Source of the DNA: Mobula hypostoma
Lineage: Eukaryota
DNA length: 64,000 nt
Direction: 5' to 3'
NCBI RefSeq assembly: GCF_963921235.1
Contig: NC_086097.1
Location: forward strand, 94,056,001-94,120,000
Shown in pieces: positions 24,571 to 37,046 of the stretch. The stretch's first letter is position 1. Every line of letters starts with the position of its first letter. The notes under the pieces were generated by a model. It had not been told where the DNA came from, did no database searches, and saw nothing but the letters and a program-made list of their open reading frames with translations. Both the position numbers and the translations under genes were made by a program.

Positions 24571-27500
24571 GCCGGGGCCATCTGGATTGAACAGACGGTG
24601 TCAGGACCGGAGGTGAGGGTCAGGCTGGGGCCAGCTGGATTGAACACTCACAGCACGCTGGAGGAACTCAGCAGGTCAGGCAGCATCAGTGGAAACCAGT
24701 GATGCTGTCCGACCCGCTGAGTTCCTCCAGCGTGCTGTGCGTGTTGCTTTGATCCCAGCATCTGCAGATTATTTTGTGTTTTTGAATAGACGGTGTCAGC
24801 ACCGGAGGTGAGGGTCAGGCCAGGGGCAGCTGGATTCAATAGACAATGTGACCAGAGGCGAGAGTCAGGCCGGGCCATCTGGACTGAATAGACAGTGTGA
24901 CTGAAGGCGAGAGTCAGGCCGGGCCATCTGGACTGAATAGACAGTGTGACTGGAGGTGAGGGTCAGGCTGGGGTCAACTGGATTGAATAGACAGTGAGAC
25001 CAGAGGTGAGGGTCAGGATGGGGTCAGCTGGATTGAATAGACAGTGTGACTGGAGGTGAGGGTCAGGCTGGGGCCAACTGGATTGAATAGACAGTGTGAC
25101 TGGAGGTGAGGGTCAGGCTGGGGTCAACTGGATTGAATAGACAGTGAGACCAGAGGTGAGGGTCAGGATGGGGTCAGCTGGATTGAATAGACAGTGTGAC
25201 TGGAGGTGAGGGTCAGGCTGGGGCCAACTGGATTGAATAGACAGTGTGACTGGAGGTGAGGGTCAGGCTGGGGTCAGCTGGATTGAATAGACAGTGTGAC
25301 CAGAGGTGAGAGTCAGGCCGGGCCAATTGGATTGAATAGACAGTGTGACCAGAGGTGAGAGTCAGGCCGGGCCAACTGGATTGAATAGACAGTGTGACCA
25401 GAGGTGAGAGTCAGGCTGGGGTCGGCTGGATTGAATAGACAATGTGACCAGAGGTGAGAGTCAGGCCGGGCCAACTGGATTGAATAGACAGTGTGACTGG
25501 AGGTGAGGGTCAGGCTGGGGTCAGCTGGATTGAATAGACAGTGTGACTGGAGGTGAGGGTCAGGCTGGGGCCAACTGGATTGAATAGACAGTGTGACTGG
25601 AGGTGAGGGTCAGGCTGGGGTCAGCTGGATTGAATAGACAGTGTGGCAGAGGTGAGAGTCAGGCCGGGCCAACTGGATTGAATAGACAGTGTGACTGGAG
25701 GTGAGGGTCAGGCTGGGGTCAGCTGGATTGAATAGACAGTGTGACTGGAGGTGAGGGTCAGGCTGGGGTCAGCTGGATTGAATAGACGGTGTGACCAGAG
25801 ATGAGGGTCAGGCTGGGGTCAGCTGGATTGAATAGACGGTGTGACTGGAGGTGAGAGTCAGGCCGGGCCAACTGGATTGAATAGACAGTGTGACTGGAGG
25901 TGAGGGTCAGGCTGGGGCCAACTGGATTGAATAGACAGTGTGACTGGAGGTGAGGGTCAGGCTGGGGCCAACTGGATTGAATAGACAGTGTGACTGGAGG
26001 TGAGGGTCAGGCTGGGGTCAGCTGGATTGAATAGACAGTGTGGCAGAGGTGAGAGTCAGGCCGGGCCAACTGGATTGAATAGACAGTGTGACTGGAGGTG
26101 AGGGTCAGGCTGGGGTCAGCTGGATTGAATAGACAGTGTGACTGGAGGTGAGGGTCAGGCTGGGGTCAGCTGGATTGAATAGACGGTGTGACCAGAGATG
26201 AGGGTCAGGCTGGGGTCAGCTGGATTGAATAGACGGTGTGACTGGAGGTGAGAGTCAGGCCGGGCCAACTGGATTGAATAGACAGTGTGACTGGAGGTGA
26301 GGGTCAGGCTGGGGTCAGCTGGATTGAATAGACAATGTGACCAGAGGTGAGGGTCAGGCTGGGGTCAGCTGGATTGAATGGACAGTGTGACCAGAGGTGA
26401 GGGTCAGGCTGGGGCCATCTGGATTGAATAAACAATGTGACCAGAGGTGAGGGTCAGGCTGGGGCCAACTGGATTAAATAGATGGTGTGACCAGAGGCGA
26501 GGGTCAGGCTGGGGCCAACTGGATTGAATAGACAGTGTGACTGGAGGTGAGGGTCAGGCTGGGGCCAACTGGATTGAATAGACAGTGTGACCGGAGGTGA
26601 GGGTCAGGCTGGGGCCAACTGGATTGAATACACAGTGTGACCAGACGTGAGGGTCAGGCTGGGGCCAACTGGATTGAATAGACAGTGTGACCAGAGGTGA
26701 GAGTCAGGCTGGGCCAACTGGATTGAATAGACAGTGTGACCAGAGGTGAGGGTCAGGCTGGGGCCAACTGGATTGAATAGACAATGTGACCAGAGGTGAG
26801 GGTCAGGCTGGGGCCAACTGGATTGATTAGACGGTGTGACCAGAGGTGAGGGTCAGGCTGGGGCCAACTGGATTGATTAGACGGTGTGACCAGAGGCGAG
26901 GGTCAGGCGGGGGTCAGCTGGATTGAATAGACAATGTGACCAGAGGCGAGAGTCAGGCCGGGTCAACTGGATTGAATAGACAGTGTGACCGGAGGTGAGG
27001 GTCAGGCTGAGGTCAGCTGGATTGAATAGACAATGTGACCAGAGATGAGGGTCAGGCTGGGGTCAGCTGGATTGAATAGACAGTGTGACCAGAGGTGAGG
27101 GTCAGGCTGTGGCCATCTGGATTGAATAGACAGTGTGACTGGAGGTGAGGGTCAGGCTGGGGCCAACTGGATTGAATGGAGAGTGTGACCAGAGGTGAGG
27201 GTCAGGCTGGGGCCAACTGGATTGAATAGACAGTGTGACCAGAGGCGAGGGGCAGGCTGGGGCCAACTGGATTGAATAGACAGTGTGACCAGAGGCAAGA
27301 GTCAGGCTGGGGCCATCTGGATTGAATAGACAGTGTGACTGGAGGTGAGAGTCAGGCCGGGCCAACTGGATTGAATAGACAGTGTGACTGGAGGTGAGAG
27401 TCAGGCCGGGGTCAGCTGGATTGAATAGACAGTGTGACCAGAGGTGAGGGTCAGGCTGGGGTCAACTGGATTGAATAGACAATGTGACCAGAGGTGAGGG

Positions 27501-30500
27501 TCAGGCTGGGGTCAACTGGATTGAATAGACAGTGTGACCAGAGGTGAGGGTCAGGCTGGGGCCATCTGGATTGAATAGACAGTGTGACCAGAGGCGAGGG
27601 TCTGGCTGGGGCCAACTGGATTGAATAGACGGTGTGACCAGAGGTGAGGGTCAGGCTGGGGCCAACTGGATTGAATAGACAATGTGACCAGAGGTGAGGG
27701 TCAGGCTGGGGTCAGCTGGATTGAATAGACAGTGTGACTGGAGGTGAGGGTCAGGCTGGGGTCAACTGGATTGAATAGACAGTGAGACCAGAGGTGAGGG
27801 TCAGGATGGGGTCAGCTGGATTGAATAGACAGTGTGACTGGAGGTGAGGGTCAGGCTGGGGCCAACTGGATTGAATAGACAGTGTGACTGGAGGTGAGGG
27901 TCAGGCTGGGGTCAGCTGGATTGAATAGACAGTGTGACCAGAGGTGAGAGTCAGGCCGGGCCAATTGGATTGAATAGACAGTGTGACCAGAGGTGAGAGT
28001 CAGGCCGGGCCAACTGGATTGAATAGACAGTGTGACCAGAGGTGAGAGTCAGGCTGGGGTCGGCTGGATTGAATAGACAATGTGACCAGAGGTGAGAGTC
28101 AGGCCGGGCCAACTGGATTGAATAGACAGTGTGACTGGAGGTGAGGGTCAGGCTGGGGTCAGCTGGATTGAATAGACAGTGTGACTGGAGGTGAGGGTCA
28201 GGCTGGGGTCAGCTGGATTGAATAGACAGTGTGGCAGAGGTGAGAGTCAGGCCGGGCCAACTGGATTGAATAGACAGTGTGACTGGAGGTGAGGGTCAGG
28301 CTGGGGTCAGCTGGATTGAATAGACAGTGTGACTGGAGGTGAGGGTCAGGCTGGGGTCAGCTGGATTGAATAGACGGTGTGACCAGACGTGAGGGTCAGG
28401 CTGGGGCCAACTGGATTGAATAGACAGTGTGACCAGAGGTGAGAGTCAGGCTGGGCCAACTGGATTGAATAGACAGTGTGACCAGAGGTGAGGGTCAGGC
28501 TGGGGCCAACTGGATTGAATAGACAATGTGACCAGAGGTGAGGGTCAGGCTGGGGCCAACTGGATTGATTAGACGGTGTGACCAGAGGTGAGGGTCAGGC
28601 TGGGGCCAACTGGATTGATTAGACGGTGTGACCAGAGGCGAGGGTCAGGCGGGGGTCAGCTGGATTGAATAGACAATGTGACCAGAGGCGAGAGTCAGGC
28701 CGGGTCAACTGGATTGAATAGACAGTGTGACCGGAGGTGAGGGTCAGGCTGAGGTCAGCTGGATTGAATAGACAATGTGACCAGAGATGAGGGTCAGGCT
28801 GGGGTCAGCTGGATTGAATAGACAGTGTGACCAGAGGTGAGGGTCAGGCTGTGGCCATCTGGATTGAATAGACAGTGTGACTGGAGGTGAGGGTCAGGCT
28901 GGGGCCAACTGGATTGAATGGAGAGTGTGACCAGAGGTGAGGGTCAGGCTGGGGCCAACTGGATTGAATAGACAGTGTGACCAGAGGCGAGGGGCAGGCT
29001 GGGGCCAACTGGATTGAATAGACAGTGTGACCAGAGGCAAGAGTCAGGCTGGGGCCATCTGGATTGAATAGACAGTGTGACTGGAGGTGAGAGTCAGGCC
29101 GGGCCAACTGGATTGAATAGACAGTGTGACTGGAGGTGAGAGTCAGGCCGGGGTCAGCTGGATTGAATAGACAGTGTGACCAGAGGTGAGGGTCAGGCTG
29201 GGGTCAACTGGATTGAATAGACAATGTGACCAGAGGTGAGGGTCAGGCTGGGGTCAACTGGATTGAATAGACAGTGTGACCAGAGGTGAGGGTCAGGCTG
29301 GGGCCATCTGGATTGAATAGACAGTGTGACCAGAGGCGAGGGTCTGGCTGGGGCCAACTGGATTGAATAGACGGTGTGACCAGAGGTGAGGGTCAGGCTG
29401 GGGCCAACTGGATTGAATAGACAATGTGACCAGAGGTGAGGGTCAGGCTGGGGTCAGCTGGATTGAATAGACAGTGTGACTGGAGGTGAGGGTCAGGCTG
29501 GGGTCAACTGGATTGAATAGACAGTGAGACCAGAGGTGAGGGTCAGGATGGGGTCAGCTGGATTGAATAGACAGTGTGACTGGAGGTGAGGGTCAGGCTG
29601 GGGCCAACTGGATTGAATAGACAGTGTGACTGGAGGTGAGGGTCAGGCTGGGGTCAGCTGGATTGAATAGACAGTGTGACCAGAGGTGAGAGTCAGGCCG
29701 GGCCAATTGGATTGAATAGACAGTGTGACCAGAGGTGAGAGTCAGGCCGGGCCAACTGGATTGAATAGACAGTGTGACCAGAGGTGAGAGTCAGGCTGGG
29801 GTCGGCTGGATTGAATAGACAATGTGACCAGAGGTGAGAGTCAGGCCGGGCCAACTGGATTGAATAGACAGTGTGACTGGAGGTGAGGGTCAGGCTGGGG
29901 TCAGCTGGATTGAATAGACAGTGTGACTGGAGGTGAGGGTCAGGCTGGGGTCAGCTGGATTGAATAGACAGTGTGGCAGAGGTGAGAGTCAGGCCGGGCC
30001 AACTGGATTGAATAGACAGTGTGACTGGAGGTGAGGGTCAGGCTGGGGTCAGCTGGATTGAATAGACAGTGTGACTGGAGGTGAGGGTCAGGCTGGGGTC
30101 AGCTGGATTGAATAGACGGTGTGACCTGAGTTGAGGGTCAGGCTGGGGTCAGCTGGATTGAATAGACGGTGTGACTGGAGGTGAGAGTCAGGCCGGGCCA
30201 ACTGGATTGAATAGACAGTGTGACTGGAGGTGAGGGTCAGGCTGGGGCCAACTGGATTGAATAGACAGTGTGACTGGAGGTGAGGGTCAGGCTGGGGCCA
30301 ACTGGATTGAATAGACAGTGTGACTGGAGGTGAGGGTCAGGCTGGGGTCAGCTGGATTGAATAGACAGTGTGGCAGAGGTGAGAGTCAGGCCGGGCCAAC
30401 TGGATTGAATAGACAGTGTGACTGGAGGTGAGGGTCAGGCTGGGGTCAGCTGGATTGAATAGACAGTGTGACTGGAGGTGAGGGTCAGGCTGGGGTCAGC

Positions 30501-33500
30501 TGGATTGAATAGACGGTGTGACCAGAGATGAGGGTCAGGCTGGGGTCAGCTGGATTGAATAGACGGTGTGACTGGAGGTGAGAGTCAGGCCGGGCCAACT
30601 GGATTGAATAGACAGTGTGACTGGAGGTGAGGGTCAGGCTGGGGTCAGCTGGATTGAATAGACAATGTGACCAGAGGTGAGGGTCAGGCTGGGGTCAGCT
30701 GGATTGAATGGACAGTGTGACCAGAGGTGAGGGTCAGGCTGGGGCCATCTGGATTGAATAAACAATGTGACCAGAGGTGAGGGTCAGGCTGGGGCCAACT
30801 GGATTAAATAGATGGTGTGACCAGAGGCGAGGGTCAGGCTGGGGCCAACTGGATTGAATAGACAGTGTGACTGGAGGTGAGGGTCAGGCTGGGGCCAACT
30901 GGATTGAATAGACAGTGTGACCGGAGGTGAGGGTCAGGCTGGGGCCAACTGGATTGAATACACAGTGTGACCAGACGTGAGGGTCAGGCTGGGGCCAACT
31001 GGATTGAATAGACAGTGTGACCAGAGGTGAGAGTCAGGCTGGGGTCGGCTGGATTGAATAGACAATGTGACCAGAGGTGAGAGTCAGGCCGGGCCAACTG
31101 GATTGAATAGACAGTGTGACTGGAGGTGAGGGTCAGGCTGGGGTCAGCTGGATTGAATAGACAGTGTGACTGGAGGTGAGGGTCAGGCTGGGGCCAACTG
31201 GATTGAATAGACAGTGTGACTGGAGGTGAGGGTCAGGCTGGGGTCAGCTGGATTGAATAGACAGTGTGGCAGAGGTGAGAGTCAGGCCGGGCCAACTGGA
31301 TTGAATAGACAGTGTGACTGGAGGTGCGGGTCAGGCTGGGGTCATCTGGATTGAATAGACAGTGTGACTGGAGGTGAGGGTCAGGCTGGGGTCAGCTGGA
31401 TTGAATAGACGGTGTGACCAGAGATGAGGGTCAGGCTGGGGTCAGCTGGATTGAATAGACGGTGTGACTGGAGGTGAGAGTCAGGCCGGGCCAACTGGAT
31501 TGAATAGACAGTGTGACTGGAGGTGAGGGTCAGGCTGGGGCCAACTGGATTGAATAGACAGTGTGACTGGAGGTGAGGGTCAGGCTGGGGCCAACTGGAT
31601 TGAATAGACAGTGTGACTGGAGGTGAGGGTCAGGCTGGGGTCAGCTGGATTGAATAGACAGTGTGGCAGAGGTGAGAGTCAGGCCGGGCCAACTGGATTG
31701 AATAGACAGTGTGACTGGAGGTGAGGGTCAGGCTGGGGTCAGCTGGATTGAATAGACAGTGTGACTGGAGGTGAGGGTCAGGCTGGGGTCAGCTGGATTG
31801 AATAGACGGTGTGACCAGAGATGAGGGTCAGGCTGGGGTCAGCTGGATTGAATAGACGGTGTGACTGGAGGTGAGAGTCAGGCCGGGCCAACTGGATTGA
31901 ATAGACAGTGTGACTGGAGGTGAGGGTCAGGCTGGGGTCAGCTGGATTGAATAGACAATGTGACCAGAGGTGAGGGTCAGGCTGGGGTCAGCTGGATTGA
32001 ATGGACAGTGTGACCAGAGGTGAGGGTCAGGCTGGGGCCATCTGGATTGAATAAACAATGTGACCAGAGGTGAGGGTCAGGCTGGGGCCAACTGGATTAA
32101 ATAGATGGTGTGACCAGAGGCGAGGGTCAGGCTGGGGCCAACTGGATTGAATAGACAGTGTGACTGGAGGTGAGGGTCAGGCTGGGGCCAACTGGATTGA
32201 ATAGACAGTGTGACCGGAGGTGAGGGTCAGGCTGGGGCCAACTGGATTGAATACACAGTGTGACCAGACGTGAGGGTCAGGCTGGGGCCAACTGGATTGA
32301 ATAGACAGTGTGACCAGAGGTGAGAGTCAGGCTGGGCCAACTGGATTGAATAGACAGTGTGACCAGAGGTGAGGGTCAGGCTGGGGCCAACTGGATTGAA
32401 TAGACAATGTGACCAGAGGTGAGGGTCAGGCTGGGGACAACTGGATTGATTAGACGGTGTGACCAGAGGTGAGGGTCAGGCTGGGGCCAACTGGATTGAT
32501 TAGACGGTGTGACCAGAGGCGAGGGTCAGGCGGGGGTCAGCTGGATTGAATAGACAATGTGACCAGAGGCGAGAGTCAGGCCGGGTCAACTGGATTGAAT
32601 AGACAGTGTGACCGGAGGTGAGGGTCAGGCTGAGGTCAGCTGGATTGAATAGACAATGTGACCAGAGATGAGGGTCAGGCTGGGGTCAGCTGGATTGAAT
32701 AGACAGTGTGACCAGAGGTGAGGGTCAGGCTGTGGCCATCTGGATTGAATAGACAGTGTGACTGGAGGTGAGGGTCAGGCTGGGGCCAACTGGATTGAAT
32801 GGAGAGTGTGACCAGAGGTGAGGGTCAGGCTGGGGCCAACTGGATTGAATAGACAGTGTGACCAGAGGCGAGGGGCAGGCTGGGGCCAACTGGATTGAAT
32901 AGACAGTGTGACCAGAGGCAAGAGTCAGGCTGGGGCCATCTGGATTGAATAGACAGTGTGACTGGAGGTGAGAGTCAGGCCGGGCCAACTGGATTGAATA
33001 GACAGTGTGACTGGAGGTGAGAGTCAGGCCGGGGTCAGCTGGATTGAATAGACAGTGTGACCAGAGGTGAGGGTCAGGCTGGGGTCAACTGGATTGAATA
33101 GACAATGTGACCAGAGGTGAGGGTCAGGCTGGGGTCAACTGGATTGAATAGACAGTGTGACCAGAGGTGAGGGTCAGGCTGGGGCCATCTGGATTGAATA
33201 GACAGTGTGACCAGAGGCGAGGGTCTGGCTGGGGCCAACTGGATTGAATAGACGGTGTGACCAGAGGTGAGGGTCAGGCTGGGGCCAACTGGATTGAATA
33301 GACAGTGTGACCAGAGGTGAGGGTCAGGCTGGGGTCAGCTGGATTGAATAGACAGTGTGACTGGAGGTGAGGGTCAGGCTGGGGCCAACTGGATTGAATA
33401 GCCAGTGTGACCAGAGGTGAGGGTCAGGCTGGGGCCAACTGGATTGAATAGACAGTGTGACCAGAGGCGAGAGTCAGGCTGGGGCCAACTGGATTGAATA

Positions 33501-33835
33501 GACAGTGTGACCAGAGGCGAGGGTCAGGCTGGGGCCAACTGGATTGAGTAGACAGTGTGACCAGAGGTGAGGGTCAGGCTGGGGCCAACTGGATTGAATA
33601 GACAGTGTGACCAGAGGCGAGAGTCAGGCTGGGGCCAACTGGATTGAATAGACAGTGTGACCAGAGGCGAGGGTCAGGCTGGGGCCAACTGGATTGAGTA
33701 GACAGTGTGACCAGAGGTGAGGGTCAGGCTGGTGTCAGCTGGATTGAATAGACAGTGTGACCAGAGGTGAGGGTCGGGCCAGGCCAGCTGGATTGAAAAG
33801 ACCGTGTCGGGACAAGAGTCAAGGGTCAGGCCAGT
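24571..33835 (+). repeat. Minisatellite array, 49-50 bp unit, roughly 180 copies, in IVD intron 9
   Basis: Consensus GGATTGAATAGACAGTGTGAC(C/T)(A/G)GAGGTGAG(G/A)GTCAGGCTGGGG(C/T)CA(A/G)CT, head-to-tail without spacers, degenerate at both edges. Copy number estimated as length divided by unit. Confidence 0.98.
24645..24781 (+). mobile_element. Palindromic Penelope-LTR-derived element inserted in an edge unit of the array
   Basis: CACAGCACGCTGGAGGAACTCAGC...GCTGAGTTCCTCCAGCGTGCTGTG hairpin; TTGAA on both sides (24640-24644, 24782-24786). Confidence 0.8.
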
Positions 33836-34108
33836 TGTGACGTTTGCTCTGCTCTGCGCTGCACTGAGGTTGAGGCTGTAGCCTGCTCTGGCTGTTCCGG
33901 GCTTTGTGTCTGAGGACTCACTTTTGTTCTAAATGCTATTTGCTTACTTTATTGTTTGTATGATTTGTTCTTTCTCTCTCTCTGCACGTGAGGTGTTTGT
34001 CTATATGGGTTCTTTGGGTTTCTTTGTTCTGTAGCTGCATGTAAGGAGACAAATCTCAAGGTTGTATAATGTATACATACTTTGATAATAAATGTACTTT
34101 GAATCTTA
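33836..34108 (+). mobile_element. LINE-type 3' tail contiguous with the array
   Basis: Ends ...atacatactttgataataaatgtactttgaatc, similar to the tail at 14440-14515. Confidence 0.65.
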
Positions 34109-34773
34109 GAATAAACAATGGGCTTGATAGGAACGGTGGCAATGCAATAAGATCTTAGTTCCCACTGCAACAGAGCAGTTAACATTCGGTTACCGGGTGG
34201 GGGGTTGTGCATTCTTCTTCAGTGGGGGGAAAGCATGATAATAGGAATGGAGAATAAATTGCCCAAACTCAGTTCGGACTGTGTAAACCGCTGCGTTTCC
34301 TTCCTTTGTCAAAACTCTTTGAAGGAAGCTTTTGTTCAGCTCAAGTAACATTCCTTTTACAAATCTTGGTGTTAATTTCAGTGTGATAATGTTCTTGTGA
34401 AACACCTGGGGATGTTTGGCTAAGGAAGTGCACTACTTCAGGCTGCTAATTCAGGAGTGTGTTAAATGAGCCATCAATTTAAAAGGTACGGTTCCAGATT
34501 TCCAGATTACCTTTAACATGGCAAACCTAGTGTTTGATTGCTGACTGCTGTTTGATAGACGTAATTTTTGGAGAGGCTGTCCATTTTGGTTGTTCCTATC
34601 CAGAAGTGACTGTGTTTTTCCTTGCATTGCTGAGGTAGTCATTGCAAGCTCACTACCTCCGTTTCCCTCCGTTCTTCCCTCAGCTGAGTTGCAGTGTATT
34701 TCACTGAAATGAGTTGGTCATTTTAATTATTTCTAATAATAATGTGTGTGTGTCACTGTTTCCTTTTCTGCAG

Positions 34774-34878
34774 CTTTTACAAGGCAAGATGGCTGACATG
34801 TACACCCGTCTAAGTGCGTGCAGACAGTATGTGTACAATGTGGCAAGAGCCTGTGACTTGGGTCACATGAGTGCAAAG
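34774..34878 (+). CDS. IVD: IVD coding exon (exon 10 equivalent)
   Basis: [35 protein letters not shown]; ttttctgcag acceptor, GTGAGG donor; 105 nt. Confidence 0.97.
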
Positions 34879-35689
34879 GTGAGGCTACAGACAGCTCTGC
34901 AGTCTCTTTCTATGAACTGATGGAAAAGCAACCTCATTTTCAATAAATACCCGGTAACTTTGCTGCTAAGTTAACAAATTTCATGTCACATGCTGGTGAT
35001 AATAAACCTGATTCTGATTCTCAATTAATCTCTCTAAACAGTTTACACAAATTCTTGATATTAGTTATTATCTCTTGGATCATTTCAGACAAATATTTTG
35101 ACGATTTCTTCAACTAACTGCTTCTGCTGGAAGTGAGTTGGAATAATATTAATCTGGTGTCCCAGTAAAATTCAGTTCTAATTTGCTTTAAATTTACAGT
35201 CTGAGCCACTGGATCACTGGAAAAGGGAAAGGGGGACATTCTCAGTATGTTGATCTTCTCAAGCAATACACAAAAAGCTGGAGGAACTTGGTGGGTTAGG
35301 CAGCAGCTGTGGAGGAAAATGAGCAGTGGACATTCCTCTCTGTAGAAGCTGCCTGACCCCCAAGTTCCTCCAGCTTCTTGTATTGCCAGCATTATAGTTT
35401 CTTTTGTCTCCATATTATTCATCTGCATTTTATATTCAAGTATATTGTTGGGGAATTACTGAGTTTGTTTTGAATCTAACAATACCATATCAGATGGGGG
35501 TTGGGTATTGCCGATCTGTTGTCCAAAATTTATTGATACTTGTCTTAACCCACCACTGACTTTGGTTTCTCTTACTCGGTGAGGATCTGGTGGAATTATT
35601 ACCTCCACCAACTCCTTACTGAGCCTCTAATGGTTTTAAGTTACAAACTAGTCAGATTAAAATATGAAAATATAGGATGTGGTTTTGGG

Positions 35690-36315
35690 TACTGGAAGCA
35701 CATGATAAAATAAGCCAAAGTCAGCATGGTTTCCTTATGGGGTTGGGGAGGGAGGAATCTAATCTGACAAATCTGCTGGAATTTGTTGAGATAGTAACAA
35801 GCAGGACAGGCAAAGGAAACTTTGAGGATGTTGTTTATTTGGATTTTCAGTAAGCCTTTGACTTCTCAGGCTGTTAGACATGATAGGAGCCCAGCATTTG
35901 ATGGCTGTAGACCTGTACTCATTGTTTTTTTTGAAGAATGAAGCAAGGATCTAATTAAAATCTACAAAACATTGAAAGCCCTAGATAGAATGGTTGTTTC
36001 CAGTAGTGGGAGAGTCTAGAAACAGAGGACAAAGCCTCAGAGTAAAAAGGCCTGCATTTACAACTGAGATAAGGAGGAATTTCTTTAGCCTGAGAGTGGT
36101 GAACCGTGGAATTTAATGCCACAGACAGCTGTGGAGGCCAAGTAATTGGATATATTTAAAGCAGAGACTGATAGGTTTTTGATTAGTAAGCATGCCAGAT
36201 AGCAGGAAGAAGGCTGGAAAATGGAGTGAAAAGAGAAAAACAAATCAGCCATAATCAAGAGGTGGAGCAGAATCCATGGGCGCGAATGGCCTAATTTTTG
36301 TCCAGTATCTTATAT
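35690..36315 (+). mobile_element. CR1 LINE fragments (RT plus 3' end)
   Basis: SQHGFL, LTNLLEF, DVVYLDFQ*AFD; RRNFFSLRVVN and CR1 3' UTR. Confidence 0.8.
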
Positions 36316-37046
36316 TGTACTGCCCATAATTTAAAGTTGTTTTGCCAGGCTTACTCAGGCCTTGAGCATAGTGTGGCAATGAAATATTGCCTAGGAGCAG
36401 GTGGAGGTGCTTTTGACTAAGGAATTCCTGAAACTGAAGAATTCCCGAGTGCTTAAAGAAACCTGAGGAAGGATTTCCTACATAGCATTTTGAAACTTGT
36501 TTCAGAGCTACAGAGCAAAACACAGATAGCACTTTTTTCTGCTATTTTTGCCCTCAACTGGATAACCAGTGTCAAAGTTTACAAGTCAGGAGGTATAATA
36601 GTGCGTTACGTCTAAGTAATCCAACGCTAGTGTCACTGCTCTTCTACCTTTGATTTTCCTTTAATGGATGAAGTGACCTCTCTTTTTGCCACTCTGTGTC
36701 AAAGCTTTTCATGTTGGCCAGCCCTCAAGGGAAAGAAGTTAGGAGAACGTTTTTTTACTAGGCACTCTTAACAAAATTGAAGGCAACTTGGAAAGGCTTC
36801 CAGAAAGCAGAGGAAATGGTCTAAATCATCCTGTTTGTTGTTTTAAAAGCCTTGCATTCATAGTGCAAAAGGGCAGTGGGAAATCAGATGGAAAGAGAGT
36901 TGCAGATGTGTGAAATAGTGCTTCTTTTTCATCTTGCACATAAAATCTCTGTGACTCTATTCCGTGTTTATCTCTGCCTCTTACCATCCGGTGCCTCTCT
37001 TCCTTCCTTTGTATGGTTTCCGGACAATGTAGTAAAGATGTAACAG

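Noticed and set aside
27102..32988. Three identical 87-aa minus-strand ORFs as a gene family
   Set aside because: They are chance frames in duplicated minisatellite blocks with non-ATG starts; the 49/50-bp period breaks the frame.
24790..33780. A true immunoglobulin switch region
   Set aside because: There are no Ig exons nearby and the tract lies inside IVD. The resemblance is compositional only and is kept as a convergence note.
24571..33835. CRISPR array interpretation of the tandem repeat
   Set aside because: There are no unique spacers and no cas genes; the units are head-to-tail and sit in a vertebrate intron.
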